Shown here: in pieces, positions 29,201-36,454 of the stretch
Position numbering within the stretch: the stretch's first letter is position 1
How the letters are laid out: the number at the start of each line of letters is the position of its first letter
Assembly (NCBI GenBank): GCA_963719085.1
Contig: CAVRAL010000004.1
Coordinates: forward strand, 160,001-224,000
Reading direction: 5' to 3'
DNA length: 64,000 nucleotides
From: a candidate division FCPU426 bacterium
GTDB lineage: Bacteria; Oederibacteriota; Muellerivitia; Muellerivitales; Muellerivitaceae
Translations under genes and position numbers: made by a program
Notes under the pieces: generated by a model
The model's database searches: none
What the model was told of the DNA's origin: nothing
Seen by the model: only the letters and a program-made list of their open reading frames with translations

Positions 29201-29735
29201 GTTTTAAATCGCAATGCACCATCTGCTTGTGATGGACATATTGAAGGGCCTGCGCGATCTGTTCCATCCAATCGGCGGCTTGTTCCACCTTGAATAAGCC
29301 CGACTCGGAAAGTTTGGTTTTCTGGATCAACCCTTCCAAGGACCCTTCTTGGGCCAAGTCCATGACGTAATAAGGCGTCTCGCCGCCCAGGTCCGCGTCG
29401 AGCAGGGACACGATGTTGGGATGCTTGTCGAGCCGGATCAGGCGCTCCGCTTCCCGCTGCAGGAAAAACCAGTGAACGCCGCCTTTTTTGATGAAGACCT
29501 TCACGGCCACGAAACGCCGGGTGCGAAGCTGGATGGCTTCCCAAACCTGGGCGTAAGCGCCCCGGCCCAGCGGCTTGATGATCATATAGCCGGGAATTTT
29601 CGGGGCTTCCTCATGCTGTTTGAGGTCTTGGATTTCGGAAAGCTGCTGGGAAACCCGCTGGGATTCCTCGGTTTGGGCCATGGTCTGGTAAATGTTGGAG
29701 GGTTCGGAGGATTTCGGTTCTTTTTTCTTGGCCAT
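26259..29735 (-). CDS. Hanks-type Ser/Thr protein kinase with a TM helix and many WD40 repeats
   Basis: LGRGAYAQV, VAVK, HCDLKPAN, DFG, GTLFFMAPE and DIYALG; hydrophobic helix; more than 12 FSPDG...WD repeats. Confidence 0.95.
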   Translation of the reverse strand: MAKKKEPKSSEPSNIYQTMAQTEESQRVSQQLSEIQDLKQHEEAPKIPGYMIIKPLGRGAYAQVWEAIQLRTRRFVAVKVFIKKGGVHWFFLQREAERLIRLDKHPNIVSLLDADLGGETPYYVMDLAQEGSLEGLIQKTKLSESGLFKVEQAADWMEQIAQALQYVHHKQMVHCDLKPANVLLDEEGHVRVADFGNSRVLSESGSALGTLFFMAPEQAVIPDQDHPLQPDARWDIYALGCTAYTMLSGHVPHEEIGTQLESTPQVEERLRLYRDSIAHHVVPPLFEITKGRVDRDLSAIIDKCMKPNPLERYASVSDVLKDLKARREGKPVSPLSHDWGYWLGKFLMLYRVSVGLAALALLGALTAWFFVHERQQSQVQDTAFNYVLRGREYLDKDDEASATAYFAASNKILPTLLARGNAVLHMPPIPGAVFSQDGSIVAVALSPSGKKILAAGGSAGARLFTADGQSLNRVFKTGGAATAAAFNSDGSQVACGDADGNAGVWDVETGKQIGGAIETDKQINSICFSPDGRWVLTAGADGVARLFDAATGKPLKTVFKQSESLFQALFSPDGHRVLTASKDGTAQIWDASNGNPVEKPLDLRMKGAAASFKPSLFYSLNGSQIVATGWDGSIWFYDAGNGRAQGRHLYLEGLGAQAALSPNGQKFVSSVIFAGATGEVRVWSFKNRSPERFTLHTNGKVLSLGFSPDGSEIVAGTSDHVAWVWDAETGQPLGKMLWHGSGVTAAAFGPDGRRLITGTQDGLIRFWDVSRGAGSQTGLAWKTGGREHLKALQTHALLSHDAKTLITYGGKSACLWDADSGKAIGGPLTTDGTLFRALFSPDDQQVLLCDSANEAKLFDLGSGKAQSLPQDGAVHAGAFSQNGKTILTGGDDQTLRFWDAASAQAKGKPLDVGFKIDKISISPDGKRAAVLGAGGAFKLFPASDSGDAKALLKIDHKVQAAAFSPDSRAVVTASGLNATLWDASSGKQVRVFAHGHALSNVLFSPDGTRVATFGSDGTVRLWDTATGKPAGNPLQHAGPVQDSAFSPKGQALVLAYQDGGRQVWDEKTGEPIGDETQDGVLTVELGFSPDGKSLKLLDKKGGIKILDSTWMDPLDPDQLLLRSRVAGLCSVDSSGNLAPLSTDAWVKAWGGIPGDSKP

Positions 29736-29884
29736 GGGAGGTTCCTTCGGACCGTCGGACTTTCAGTTCCGGCGCCCGGGATGACAAGCGCGGTCAGGTT
29801 AGCCGGGAAGGAAAACCTTTTCAAGGTACCCGCGCCTAAAATGGGTGGAATTTTTCAAAAAAATCCCGGGGACCCGGAAGGAAC

Positions 29885-29909
29885 AACGTGGAAGTTCGTC
29901 AAAAGTTAC
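29885..29909 (-). promoter_or_regulatory. Possible ECF-type promoter upstream of the kinase-cyclase operon
   Basis: GTAACT-N15-CGTT; shares the 10-mer CGTAACTTTT with the site upstream of bufA. Confidence 0.3.
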
Positions 29910-29944
29910 GAAAAAATCGATCCTCTTGATCGTCGCTGAAACCG

Positions 29945-30709
29945 CTAAGCGGACGTGACCCAGCCATTTTCAACCACAGTCCGCCAAGCGCTTGGGAAAG
30001 AACCCGGATTCGAAACGAAAATCTTTTCTTGGGCGATCGTTTCCAGCATCAAGGATCGCCTCAGGCCCTGAACCAGCGCCGCCGTCTCCATCTCGACCGG
30101 CATCACCTGGGGTTCCCCCGCCCTGGCGAAAACCATCAGGGCCTCATTCCCCGGGACGAAAGGATTTTGGGGCAAGGCTTTCAACCCTTGGGTCGTAAAA
30201 ATTTCCCAGGGACTAAAAAGATGGTGGGACGATTCGATCAAAGCAACCGAGCTTTTCAAGCGAAAGGCCGCCCCGCGGTCATGAATATCAGCCATCGACA
30301 GGCTGGTTTCCCCGGGCGCGTAAAAGGCGCGGTCCAATGCCCATTCAAGCCTCGCCACATCGGCAATATAGGGCCAAGGGCTGATCTCGGAACGCCCGGA
30401 TAAAAAGTCACCCAGGCTTTCGCCGTAATGGGTCAAATCCGGGTTCGTTGAGGGATGGCGATAGATATATTCCCGGCCCAAAAAATTAAAATTGTTCTCC
30501 CCCAAAAGCGCCAGGCAAAAAGGATAGGTGTCCTTCAAAGCCTGAAGCATGCCGAAAATCAGGTTGGCGCGGTAAACCTTCATCCCGTTTCCCGGGTCCG
30601 GCTTGTCGCCGCTTAAAAAAAGACCGCGAATCTGTTGTTGCTGATCCGGCGGGACTTTAGGCGCGTAAACATAACGGATGAATTCTTTTTGGGATTGTTC
30701 AAGCGACAT
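29945..30709 (-). CDS. DUF2063 / BufC-HvfC family MNIO partner protein
   Basis: GMKVYRAN...ALKDTYP...LLGE.NF...HPS...YGE...YIADVARLEWA; overlaps the DUF692 gene end. Confidence 0.88.
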   Translation of the reverse strand: MSLEQSQKEFIRYVYAPKVPPDQQQQIRGLFLSGDKPDPGNGMKVYRANLIFGMLQALKDTYPFCLALLGENNFNFLGREYIYRHPSTNPDLTHYGESLGDFLSGRSEISPWPYIADVARLEWALDRAFYAPGETSLSMADIHDRGAAFRLKSSVALIESSHHLFSPWEIFTTQGLKALPQNPFVPGNEALMVFARAGEPQVMPVEMETAALVQGLRRSLMLETIAQEKIFVSNPGSFPSAWRTVVENGWVTSA

Positions 30710-31526
30710 GGATTTTTTCTTCCAGGATGGATTGGGCCTTCCTTGACTCGGCGTAAAGCACGTCGAACTCGGGGATATTCAAGTCCCACTCAATCAGCGT
30801 CGGCACGCCTTGAAATCGCTTCACCGCGCGGCGGTAAAGATCCCACACCTCCTCGGCGATCGGCGCCCCATGGTTGTCGATCAAGATCCCGTCGGAGCGA
30901 AGATGGCCGGCCAGATGCATTTGCTTGACCCGCGCCACGGGGATGGATTCCAGGTAGCGAACCGGGTCAAACCGTAAATTTTCCGAATTGACGAAAACAT
31001 TATTCACGTCCAACAACAGGTCGCAGTCGGCGGCTTGGGCCACCGCCGCGACGAATTCCCATTCTTCCATCTCGGCTTGGGCGAAATGGAGGTAGCCTGA
31101 AAGGTTTTCAATCAGGATCCGGCGCTTTAAAAGGTCTTGGACCCGCTGAATCCGCTCGGCGGTATGGCGGACGGCTTCTTGGGTAAAGGGCAAGGGCAAA
31201 AGATCATGGGTTTGCAGGCCCTCCGCGCCGATCCAGCAAAGATGGTCCGAAACCCATTCGGGCTGGTAGCGGTCGATGAGTTCGGAAAGATTTTTAAAAT
31301 AATCGGCGTCGATCGGATCGATCGACCCTAGATTCATGCCCACGCCGTGGAACACCAGCGGGTATCGGGAACGGACCTGCGCCAAGGCCCGGTGCGGAAC
31401 CACACCCGGGTTCATATAATTATCCGCCAGAACCTCGAACCAGGGAACTTCCGGCCGGGTTTCTAAAATGCGGGAAAGATGTCGGGAGCGAAGCCCCAGC
31501 CCCGCCCCCTTGATCCTGGAATCCAT
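30699..31526 (-). CDS. DUF692 multinuclear non-heme iron oxidase (MNIO; BufB/HvfB-like)
   Basis: GLGLR, WFEVLADNYM, HGVGMNLG, SDHLCW, DLLPLP, IENLS, LLLDVNN, HLAGH, IDNH and LIEWD motifs. Confidence 0.95.
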   Translation of the reverse strand: MDSRIKGAGLGLRSRHLSRILETRPEVPWFEVLADNYMNPGVVPHRALAQVRSRYPLVFHGVGMNLGSIDPIDADYFKNLSELIDRYQPEWVSDHLCWIGAEGLQTHDLLPLPFTQEAVRHTAERIQRVQDLLKRRILIENLSGYLHFAQAEMEEWEFVAAVAQAADCDLLLDVNNVFVNSENLRFDPVRYLESIPVARVKQMHLAGHLRSDGILIDNHGAPIAEEVWDLYRRAVKRFQGVPTLIEWDLNIPEFDVLYAESRKAQSILEEKIHVA

Positions 31527-31533
31527 ACGAAAC

Positions 31534-31863
31534 TTACATCGCCGCCGGAGTGGTGGACGGCGTGGCCGACATCATGGCGCCTTCCACATGGCCGCCCAAC
31601 TTGTCGCAAACCCCGACCGGCAGGAAGATCCAGTCATTCGGATCATTGTCCACTTTGGACGTTCCCGCGCAGGCATGCGACTTGGTGGCGCAATCGTTCT
31701 TCCCGGCCTTGGCCACGCCGTAGCATTTTTCCGTCTTGACCATCTTGGTCCAAGGCTTCGCGTTGGCTTGGGTGGCCACGCTCGCCACACCGAAAGCCAT
31801 CAGGCTCGCCAGGGCCGTCGTCGAGACCAGTTTCGGACGATCGGTGAAAATATTCGCTTTCAT
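31534..31863 (-). CDS. DUF2282 bufferin-type (BufA1) RiPP precursor / periplasmic metallophore
   Basis: Signal peptide plus four-Cys core EKCYGVAKAGKNDCATKSHACAG...WIFLPVGVCDKLGG. Confidence 0.93.
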   Translation of the reverse strand: MKANIFTDRPKLVSTTALASLMAFGVASVATQANAKPWTKMVKTEKCYGVAKAGKNDCATKSHACAGTSKVDNDPNDWIFLPVGVCDKLGGHVEGAMMSATPSTTPAAM

Positions 31864-31924
31864 AACACGCTCCTTGAAATTTTTAAGGCGGCTCCACTTG
31901 ACGTGAACCCGGCCTGAACCAATA

Positions 31925-31949
31925 TACCCCCGGGGTTTTAAAAAGTTAC
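31925..31949 (-). promoter_or_regulatory. Putative ECF promoter of the bufferin operon
   Basis: GTAACT-N15-GGTA about 60 nt upstream of the precursor ATG. Confidence 0.4.
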
Positions 31950-31992
31950 GTCGAAGAGCGTTAATCCGGGGCTAATTGAAATGAACCCCCGG

Positions 31993-32018
31993 GTAACCCT
32001 TTGGCGGCCTTCCCCGTA
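31993..32018 (+). promoter_or_regulatory. Putative ECF (SigF/EcfF-like) promoter of yceI
   Basis: GTAACC-N16-CGTA, one base from the GTAACC-N16-CGAA consensus of Caulobacter SigF. Confidence 0.55.
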
Positions 32019-32070
32019 GTAGCATGTCAGTTGGCTGGCCGGTCATTCTCAAAATTTAAGGGAGTTTATC

Positions 32071-32667
32071 ATGAAACAATGGAAGCTATTTTTAGCCGTT
32101 TTAAGCCTGACGGCCTTTGCCGGGAGCTTCGCCCAAGCCGCCGATTACACCATCGATCCCGTTCACAGCAGCATCAACTTCAAGGTGAAACACTTGAGCA
32201 TCAGCTATGTGATGGGTAAATTTTCCAAGTTTTCGGGAACCGTGAAGTTCGACCCCAAAAATGTCGCCGCCTCTAAGGTCAAGGTGACGATTGATCCGGC
32301 CAGCGTGGATACGGGCGAACCCCTAAGGGACAAAGACCTTCGCAGTGATAATTTCTTCGAGGTGGAGGACTACCCCACCGCCACCTTCGTCAGTACCAAG
32401 GTAACGGATATGAAGGATAACCAGTTCCAAATCATGGGCAACCTGACCCTGCATGGCATCACCAAACCCGTGACACTGGACGCGACTTACGGAGGCACCA
32501 TGACGGACGCCCAAGGCCGCCACGTGGCGTTCGAGGCCTCCACCGAGATCAACCGCCAGGACTATGACGTGAGCTTTAATGTGACACTGGACCAAGGCGG
32601 CGTGTTGGTGGACGATCACGTAAAGCTGATGTTCGAGATCGAGGCTTTAGAAAACACAAAGAAGTAA
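32071..32667 (+). CDS. yceI: YceI family periplasmic polyisoprenoid-binding protein
   Basis: Signal peptide; YTIDPVHSSINFKVKHL, RDKDLRS.NFF...YPTATF and GNLTLHGITKPV motifs. Confidence 0.95.
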   Translation: MKQWKLFLAVLSLTAFAGSFAQAADYTIDPVHSSINFKVKHLSISYVMGKFSKFSGTVKFDPKNVAASKVKVTIDPASVDTGEPLRDKDLRSDNFFEVEDYPTATFVSTKVTDMKDNQFQIMGNLTLHGITKPVTLDATYGGTMTDAQGRHVAFEASTEINRQDYDVSFNVTLDQGGVLVDDHVKLMFEIEALENTKK

Positions 32668-32765
32668 GTGATAACCAAACCAACCGCTCACGTCATGCCG
32701 ACCTTCCATAAGAATTTAAGGAGGTCGGTATAGTGCCGATTTCCTTAACTTCAGTTTGGAGAATC

Positions 32766-32937
32766 GGCGCAAAAACGCCAAGACGCAAAGGTAGACATAG
32801 TTTTTAAGTAAACAAAACTTAGAAACCCAAAACAAAAAAGCCCCGGGTTAACCCCCGGGGCTTTTTTGTTTTAAACATCTTTTAGATTTTAATTCTCCCG
32901 AAAAGATTCAGCCTGCCTTGGCGTCTTGGCGTGCGCC
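32766..32937. repeat. REP-like element, family A (CGCCAAGACGC...GCGTCTTGGCG), enclosing a terminator
   Basis: GGCGC-AAAA-ACGCCAAGACGC at 32766 pairs with GCGTCTTGGCGT-GCGCC ending at 32937. Confidence 0.7.
32828..32872. terminator. Bidirectional rho-independent terminator between yceI and the DEAD-box gene
   Basis: AAAACAAAAAAGCCCCGGG-TTAACC-CCCGGGGCTTTTTTGTTTT. Confidence 0.88.
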
Positions 32938-32947
32938 TTGGTTTAGC

Positions 32948-34801
32948 TTACCGGTTCCCGAAAGAATCATCCCCCGCCGGCTGTTGCTGGTGTTCCCGGC
33001 GTTTGAAGTTGCTCGAAGGACGGCGGTCTCCGCCGCCGAATCCTTGGGGCCTTTCATTCCCGCCAAACGAGGGGCGGTGATTTCCCCCCGGACGCGACGG
33101 GCGGCCTTCGGAGCGAACCCCGAAATTACCTTCCCGGGGGGCGGGCTTTGAGTGCGGGCGGTCAAAAGAACGGCTGGGCGGACGGCCATCGCGGTTCGCG
33201 GGCCGGCCCATCGCCGGACGGTCGCTACGGGGATGGGCGCCTGGCCCATGGTCCCGGCGCTGGCGGTTAAAGGGAGCCGAGTCCGAGCGCTTTCCAAAAC
33301 CTCCGCCACCCCCGCCGGGGCGGGGAGTCCATTCCCGGCGCGCCGGACGCGCGTCGGCGCGCGGCGCGAAATTGCCTTCACGCTCGGGCCTTCCGTGGGG
33401 ACGGCCGGTGGAGTGCCGGTCCGGCGTGTCGCCGTGAAAAATCGCCGGATTGCCGTTGGCGTCTTTTTGGCTGGGCAGGCCGGTCCGGGATTGATGCGCT
33501 TCCGAGCGGCGCTGGTGGCGGCCATCCGGATGGCGGCGTTTGGCGGCGTGATCATCGCCGCGCGGCCAAGAAGGCCGGGGGCTCGAAAAATTACGGGCGC
33601 CGCTGGCGCCGGCGTCATTTTTTTTGAAGGCCCTTTGATGGGCGTGCTGGGGCGCGTGCGAGGAGGTTTTCGGCGTAAAATCGCCCGAGCGCGACGGCTT
33701 GGTCTTGATCGATTCCCGGGGCGCCTTGATGAGCCTTAAAATTCTTTCCCATAAGCCGCGGTCTTCCGGCGTCAAAAGGCAAAGCGACGCGCCCTCCGCC
33801 CCCGCGCGGGCGGTGCGGCCGACGCGATGGATGTAATCCTCCGGGTTGCGGGGCAGGTCGTAATTCACGACGTGCGCGATGTGATGGATGTCCAAGCCGC
33901 GGGCCGCGATATCGGTGGCCACCAGGATCCGGTAGCTGCCTTCCCGGAATTGCTCAATGGCTTGACGCCGTTGGGATTGGGTCCGTCCCCCATGCACGCG
34001 GGTGACTTTAAAACCCGACTCTTTCAACTTTTCCGCCAATCGTTCCACCCGGCTTTGGGTGCGGGCGAAAACCAACACCGATCCCTGGCGCTCATTCAAC
34101 TCAGCCGTCAACTCCTCATACTTTTTGGCCTCCGAGGTATGGATGACCATTTGGACGATCTTGGCGATCGGCTGGGTCGATTCGCCCACCGCGATGCGCA
34201 CGGGATCCTTCAGGTAGCGCGAACCCATGGCCTTGATGTCGTCCGGAAGCGTGGCCGAGAACAAAAGGGTTTGTCGCTGCGCCGGAAGGCGCTTGCGGAT
34301 TTCTTCCAGTTGGGGAGCGAAACCCATGTCGAGCATGCGGTCCGCCTCGTCCAAAACCAAAAAACCGGCCTTGGATAAGTTAAGGCTTCCGCGGCCCAAA
34401 TGATCGATCACCCGGCCCGGGGTCCCGATGACCAAGCGGGGTTTACGGATGAGGGCCGAAATTTGGCCGCCCATATTTGCGCCGCCGATGAGAAGCACCG
34501 AGCCGCCGAGAAAATGGGTGCCGGTCAATTTTCTTAAAACTTCCAAAACCTGGGCCGCCAATTCCCGGGTCGGCGTCAAAATCAAGGCCGTCTGGTCGGG
34601 ATTCTTGGATAAAAAGGTGAGGAGGGGAATGCCGAATCCGGCGGTCTTACCCGTGCCGGTTTGGGCCGAGGCGATGACGTCCTTGCCTTCCAAAGCTGCC
34701 GGGATGGCTTGCGCCTGCACCGGGGTGGGCTTGCTGAAATTCATCTGCTTGAGGGATTTTCCTAAAAATTCCGGCAATCCCAATTCTTGAAAACTTTCCA
34801 T
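32948..34801 (-). CDS. DEAD-box ATP-dependent RNA helicase (RhlE/CshA-like) with a long Arg/Gly/Pro-rich tail
   Basis: Q motif, AQTGTGKT, PTRELA, DEAD, SAT, ARGLD and HRVGRTAR; ATG at 34801 chosen as start. Confidence 0.96.
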   Translation of the reverse strand: MESFQELGLPEFLGKSLKQMNFSKPTPVQAQAIPAALEGKDVIASAQTGTGKTAGFGIPLLTFLSKNPDQTALILTPTRELAAQVLEVLRKLTGTHFLGGSVLLIGGANMGGQISALIRKPRLVIGTPGRVIDHLGRGSLNLSKAGFLVLDEADRMLDMGFAPQLEEIRKRLPAQRQTLLFSATLPDDIKAMGSRYLKDPVRIAVGESTQPIAKIVQMVIHTSEAKKYEELTAELNERQGSVLVFARTQSRVERLAEKLKESGFKVTRVHGGRTQSQRRQAIEQFREGSYRILVATDIAARGLDIHHIAHVVNYDLPRNPEDYIHRVGRTARAGAEGASLCLLTPEDRGLWERILRLIKAPRESIKTKPSRSGDFTPKTSSHAPQHAHQRAFKKNDAGASGARNFSSPRPSWPRGDDHAAKRRHPDGRHQRRSEAHQSRTGLPSQKDANGNPAIFHGDTPDRHSTGRPHGRPEREGNFAPRADARPARREWTPRPGGGGGGFGKRSDSAPFNRQRRDHGPGAHPRSDRPAMGRPANRDGRPPSRSFDRPHSKPAPREGNFGVRSEGRPSRPGGNHRPSFGGNERPQGFGGGDRRPSSNFKRREHQQQPAGDDSFGNR

Positions 34802-34833
34802 GCTGTGCTGTTCCTTTTGAGACAAATTAAAGT

Positions 34834-34952
34834 TTTCACCGCCAAGACGCTAAGTTCGCCAAGTTAAAAAACAACCTAGAACAGAGCCTAAGAAAACCCA
34901 AAAAGGTTTCAGGTTCGCTGTCCTTGGCGCTCTTGGCGTCTTGGCGGTGAAA
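34834..34952. repeat. REP-like element, family A (intact copy)
   Basis: TTTCACCGCCAAGACGCTAAGTTCGCCAAG ... CTTGGCGCTCTTGGCGTCTTGGCGGTGAAA. Confidence 0.82.
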
Positions 34953-35246
34953 TAAGTTTTACAAAATCATCTTATTGCGGTTTTTGAAATGGGACGCATC
35001 CGGGGAAATAGCAGGGAGAAACAACACTCGCGATATTTCGGTTCTGATGAAGCCCTTGGCAGGAATGAGGACACTTTGAAGTCCCGCTTCCTGGACGATT
35101 CCAAACTTAAAGACCGGGGTGACCCGTCTTTATTTGGGGTTCGTATTGTCACCTTCTCCTAACTGACAGGAGGTGTTCCGCGCAAGGGGACAAACCGTGG
35201 CATTACAGTAGCCTAAAACCCGCTCATTTGGAACCTTTCTTTTAAA

Positions 35247-36320
35247 TTAACGGCGGCTTAACCGGCTCTTGAACTCGTCGATGAGTCCGATCGGAGTGGG
35301 GTCCACACCCTTCAGGTAGGCCAAATAGACGCTGGCAAAGTCCCCGAGATAAATGAGTGAGAACAGCTGGGCCAAAAGCGATTTGCCCTTGGCCTCGATC
35401 TCGGTCACGCCGGCGGTTTTGGAGGTGATCATCTTTTTCAATAAATCAAACCGCCTCAGGATCTGGGGATGGTCGCCCTGGGGCTGGCGCAAAAGCACCA
35501 CGGCCATTTGTTTGGTCAGGGGCTCGGAATAAGAATAGCCCAAAATCTCATTGTGGTTCATTTCAGGGATCAAGTTCGATAAGGCGATTTGCTTGGCGTT
35601 CTCGTTCATCTGGGTTTTCCAGCGCAGGCTCACCGAATCCAAGTGGTCCTGCCCGGCGTAAAAAAGCGGCAGACGCTTGTGAAGGAAAAGCGCCAAAAGC
35701 TTGGCGGGATTTTTTTCCGTGGGCGTCAGCGGGCCATATTGGCCGGCTTGCCGGGTCAAAATTTCCAGCGCCTCGTTAAAGTCCGCCGTGGTGGAAGGCA
35801 AAAGTTTCAAGGTTTCCAACGCCGTCAATAAAGTAAAGAAGGAATAACCCAGCGCCGCCCGGGGCGGCAATCCGCCCGACAAGGCCAATATGGGAACCTT
35901 GGCTTTGACGGCTTGCCGCATCAGTTCCCCTCCCGACGTCATGACCAATACCCTTAATCGACGCGCTACCGCCTGCTTAAAAACCGAGAGGGTTTCTTCC
36001 GTGCCGCCCGAATAGCTGGAACAGACCACCAGCGTTTCCTTGGACGCCCAACCCGGCAGGGTGTAATGCCGGTTCACCGTGAGGGAAAATTTCGATTTTT
36101 TCCAAATCAGGCTTTTGAGGATATCCCCGCCGATCGCGGATCCGCCCAATCCCGACAGGATCACTTGGCGGACACCGGAGGATTTGAGCTTCGGCGGATG
36201 GGCCAGCACCGGATAACGCGCGTTTTGGCATTGAGCCGGAAAGTCCAAAATTTTGCGGATCATATCGGAAGGATCGAGTTGGGTCAGGCGGTTGGGTTGG
36301 TCCAGGATCGGATGCGGCAC
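35247..36320 (-). CDS. Bifunctional phosphoglucose/phosphomannose isomerase
   Basis: SIS motifs GLGGSAIGGD, SSYSGGTEET, RWKTQMNENAK, PEMNHNE and GVDPTP; start GTG 36320 after GGAG. Confidence 0.93.
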   Translation of the reverse strand: MPHPILDQPNRLTQLDPSDMIRKILDFPAQCQNARYPVLAHPPKLKSSGVRQVILSGLGGSAIGGDILKSLIWKKSKFSLTVNRHYTLPGWASKETLVVCSSYSGGTEETLSVFKQAVARRLRVLVMTSGGELMRQAVKAKVPILALSGGLPPRAALGYSFFTLLTALETLKLLPSTTADFNEALEILTRQAGQYGPLTPTEKNPAKLLALFLHKRLPLFYAGQDHLDSVSLRWKTQMNENAKQIALSNLIPEMNHNEILGYSYSEPLTKQMAVVLLRQPQGDHPQILRRFDLLKKMITSKTAGVTEIEAKGKSLLAQLFSLIYLGDFASVYLAYLKGVDPTPIGLIDEFKSRLSRR

Positions 36321-36355
36321 GAAAAGCTCCTTAAATTTATTAAACCAACAAAAAT

Positions 36356-36439
36356 GGCACACGCAAAGACGCTAAGACGCAAAGTTTTCAAAAACTAAAA
36401 TTTTTATTTTCTTGGCGTCTTAGTGTCTTTGCCTGCGCC
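36356..36439. repeat. REP-like element, family A variant
   Basis: GCAAAGACGCTAAGACGCAAAG ... CTTGGCGTCTTAGTGTCTTTGC. Confidence 0.72.
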
Positions 36440-36454
36440 TTCGGTTCGATGCTT

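Noticed and set aside
32908..33618. 236-aa alternate-frame ORF inside the DEAD-box tail
   Set aside because: Low-complexity, GC-rich overlap; the helicase frame is continuous to its stop, so no frameshift is needed.
36351..36370. TGGCAC as a sigma54 promoter
   Set aside because: There is no TTGC at the -12 position, the orientation is wrong for the neighbouring genes, and it is part of a REP arm.
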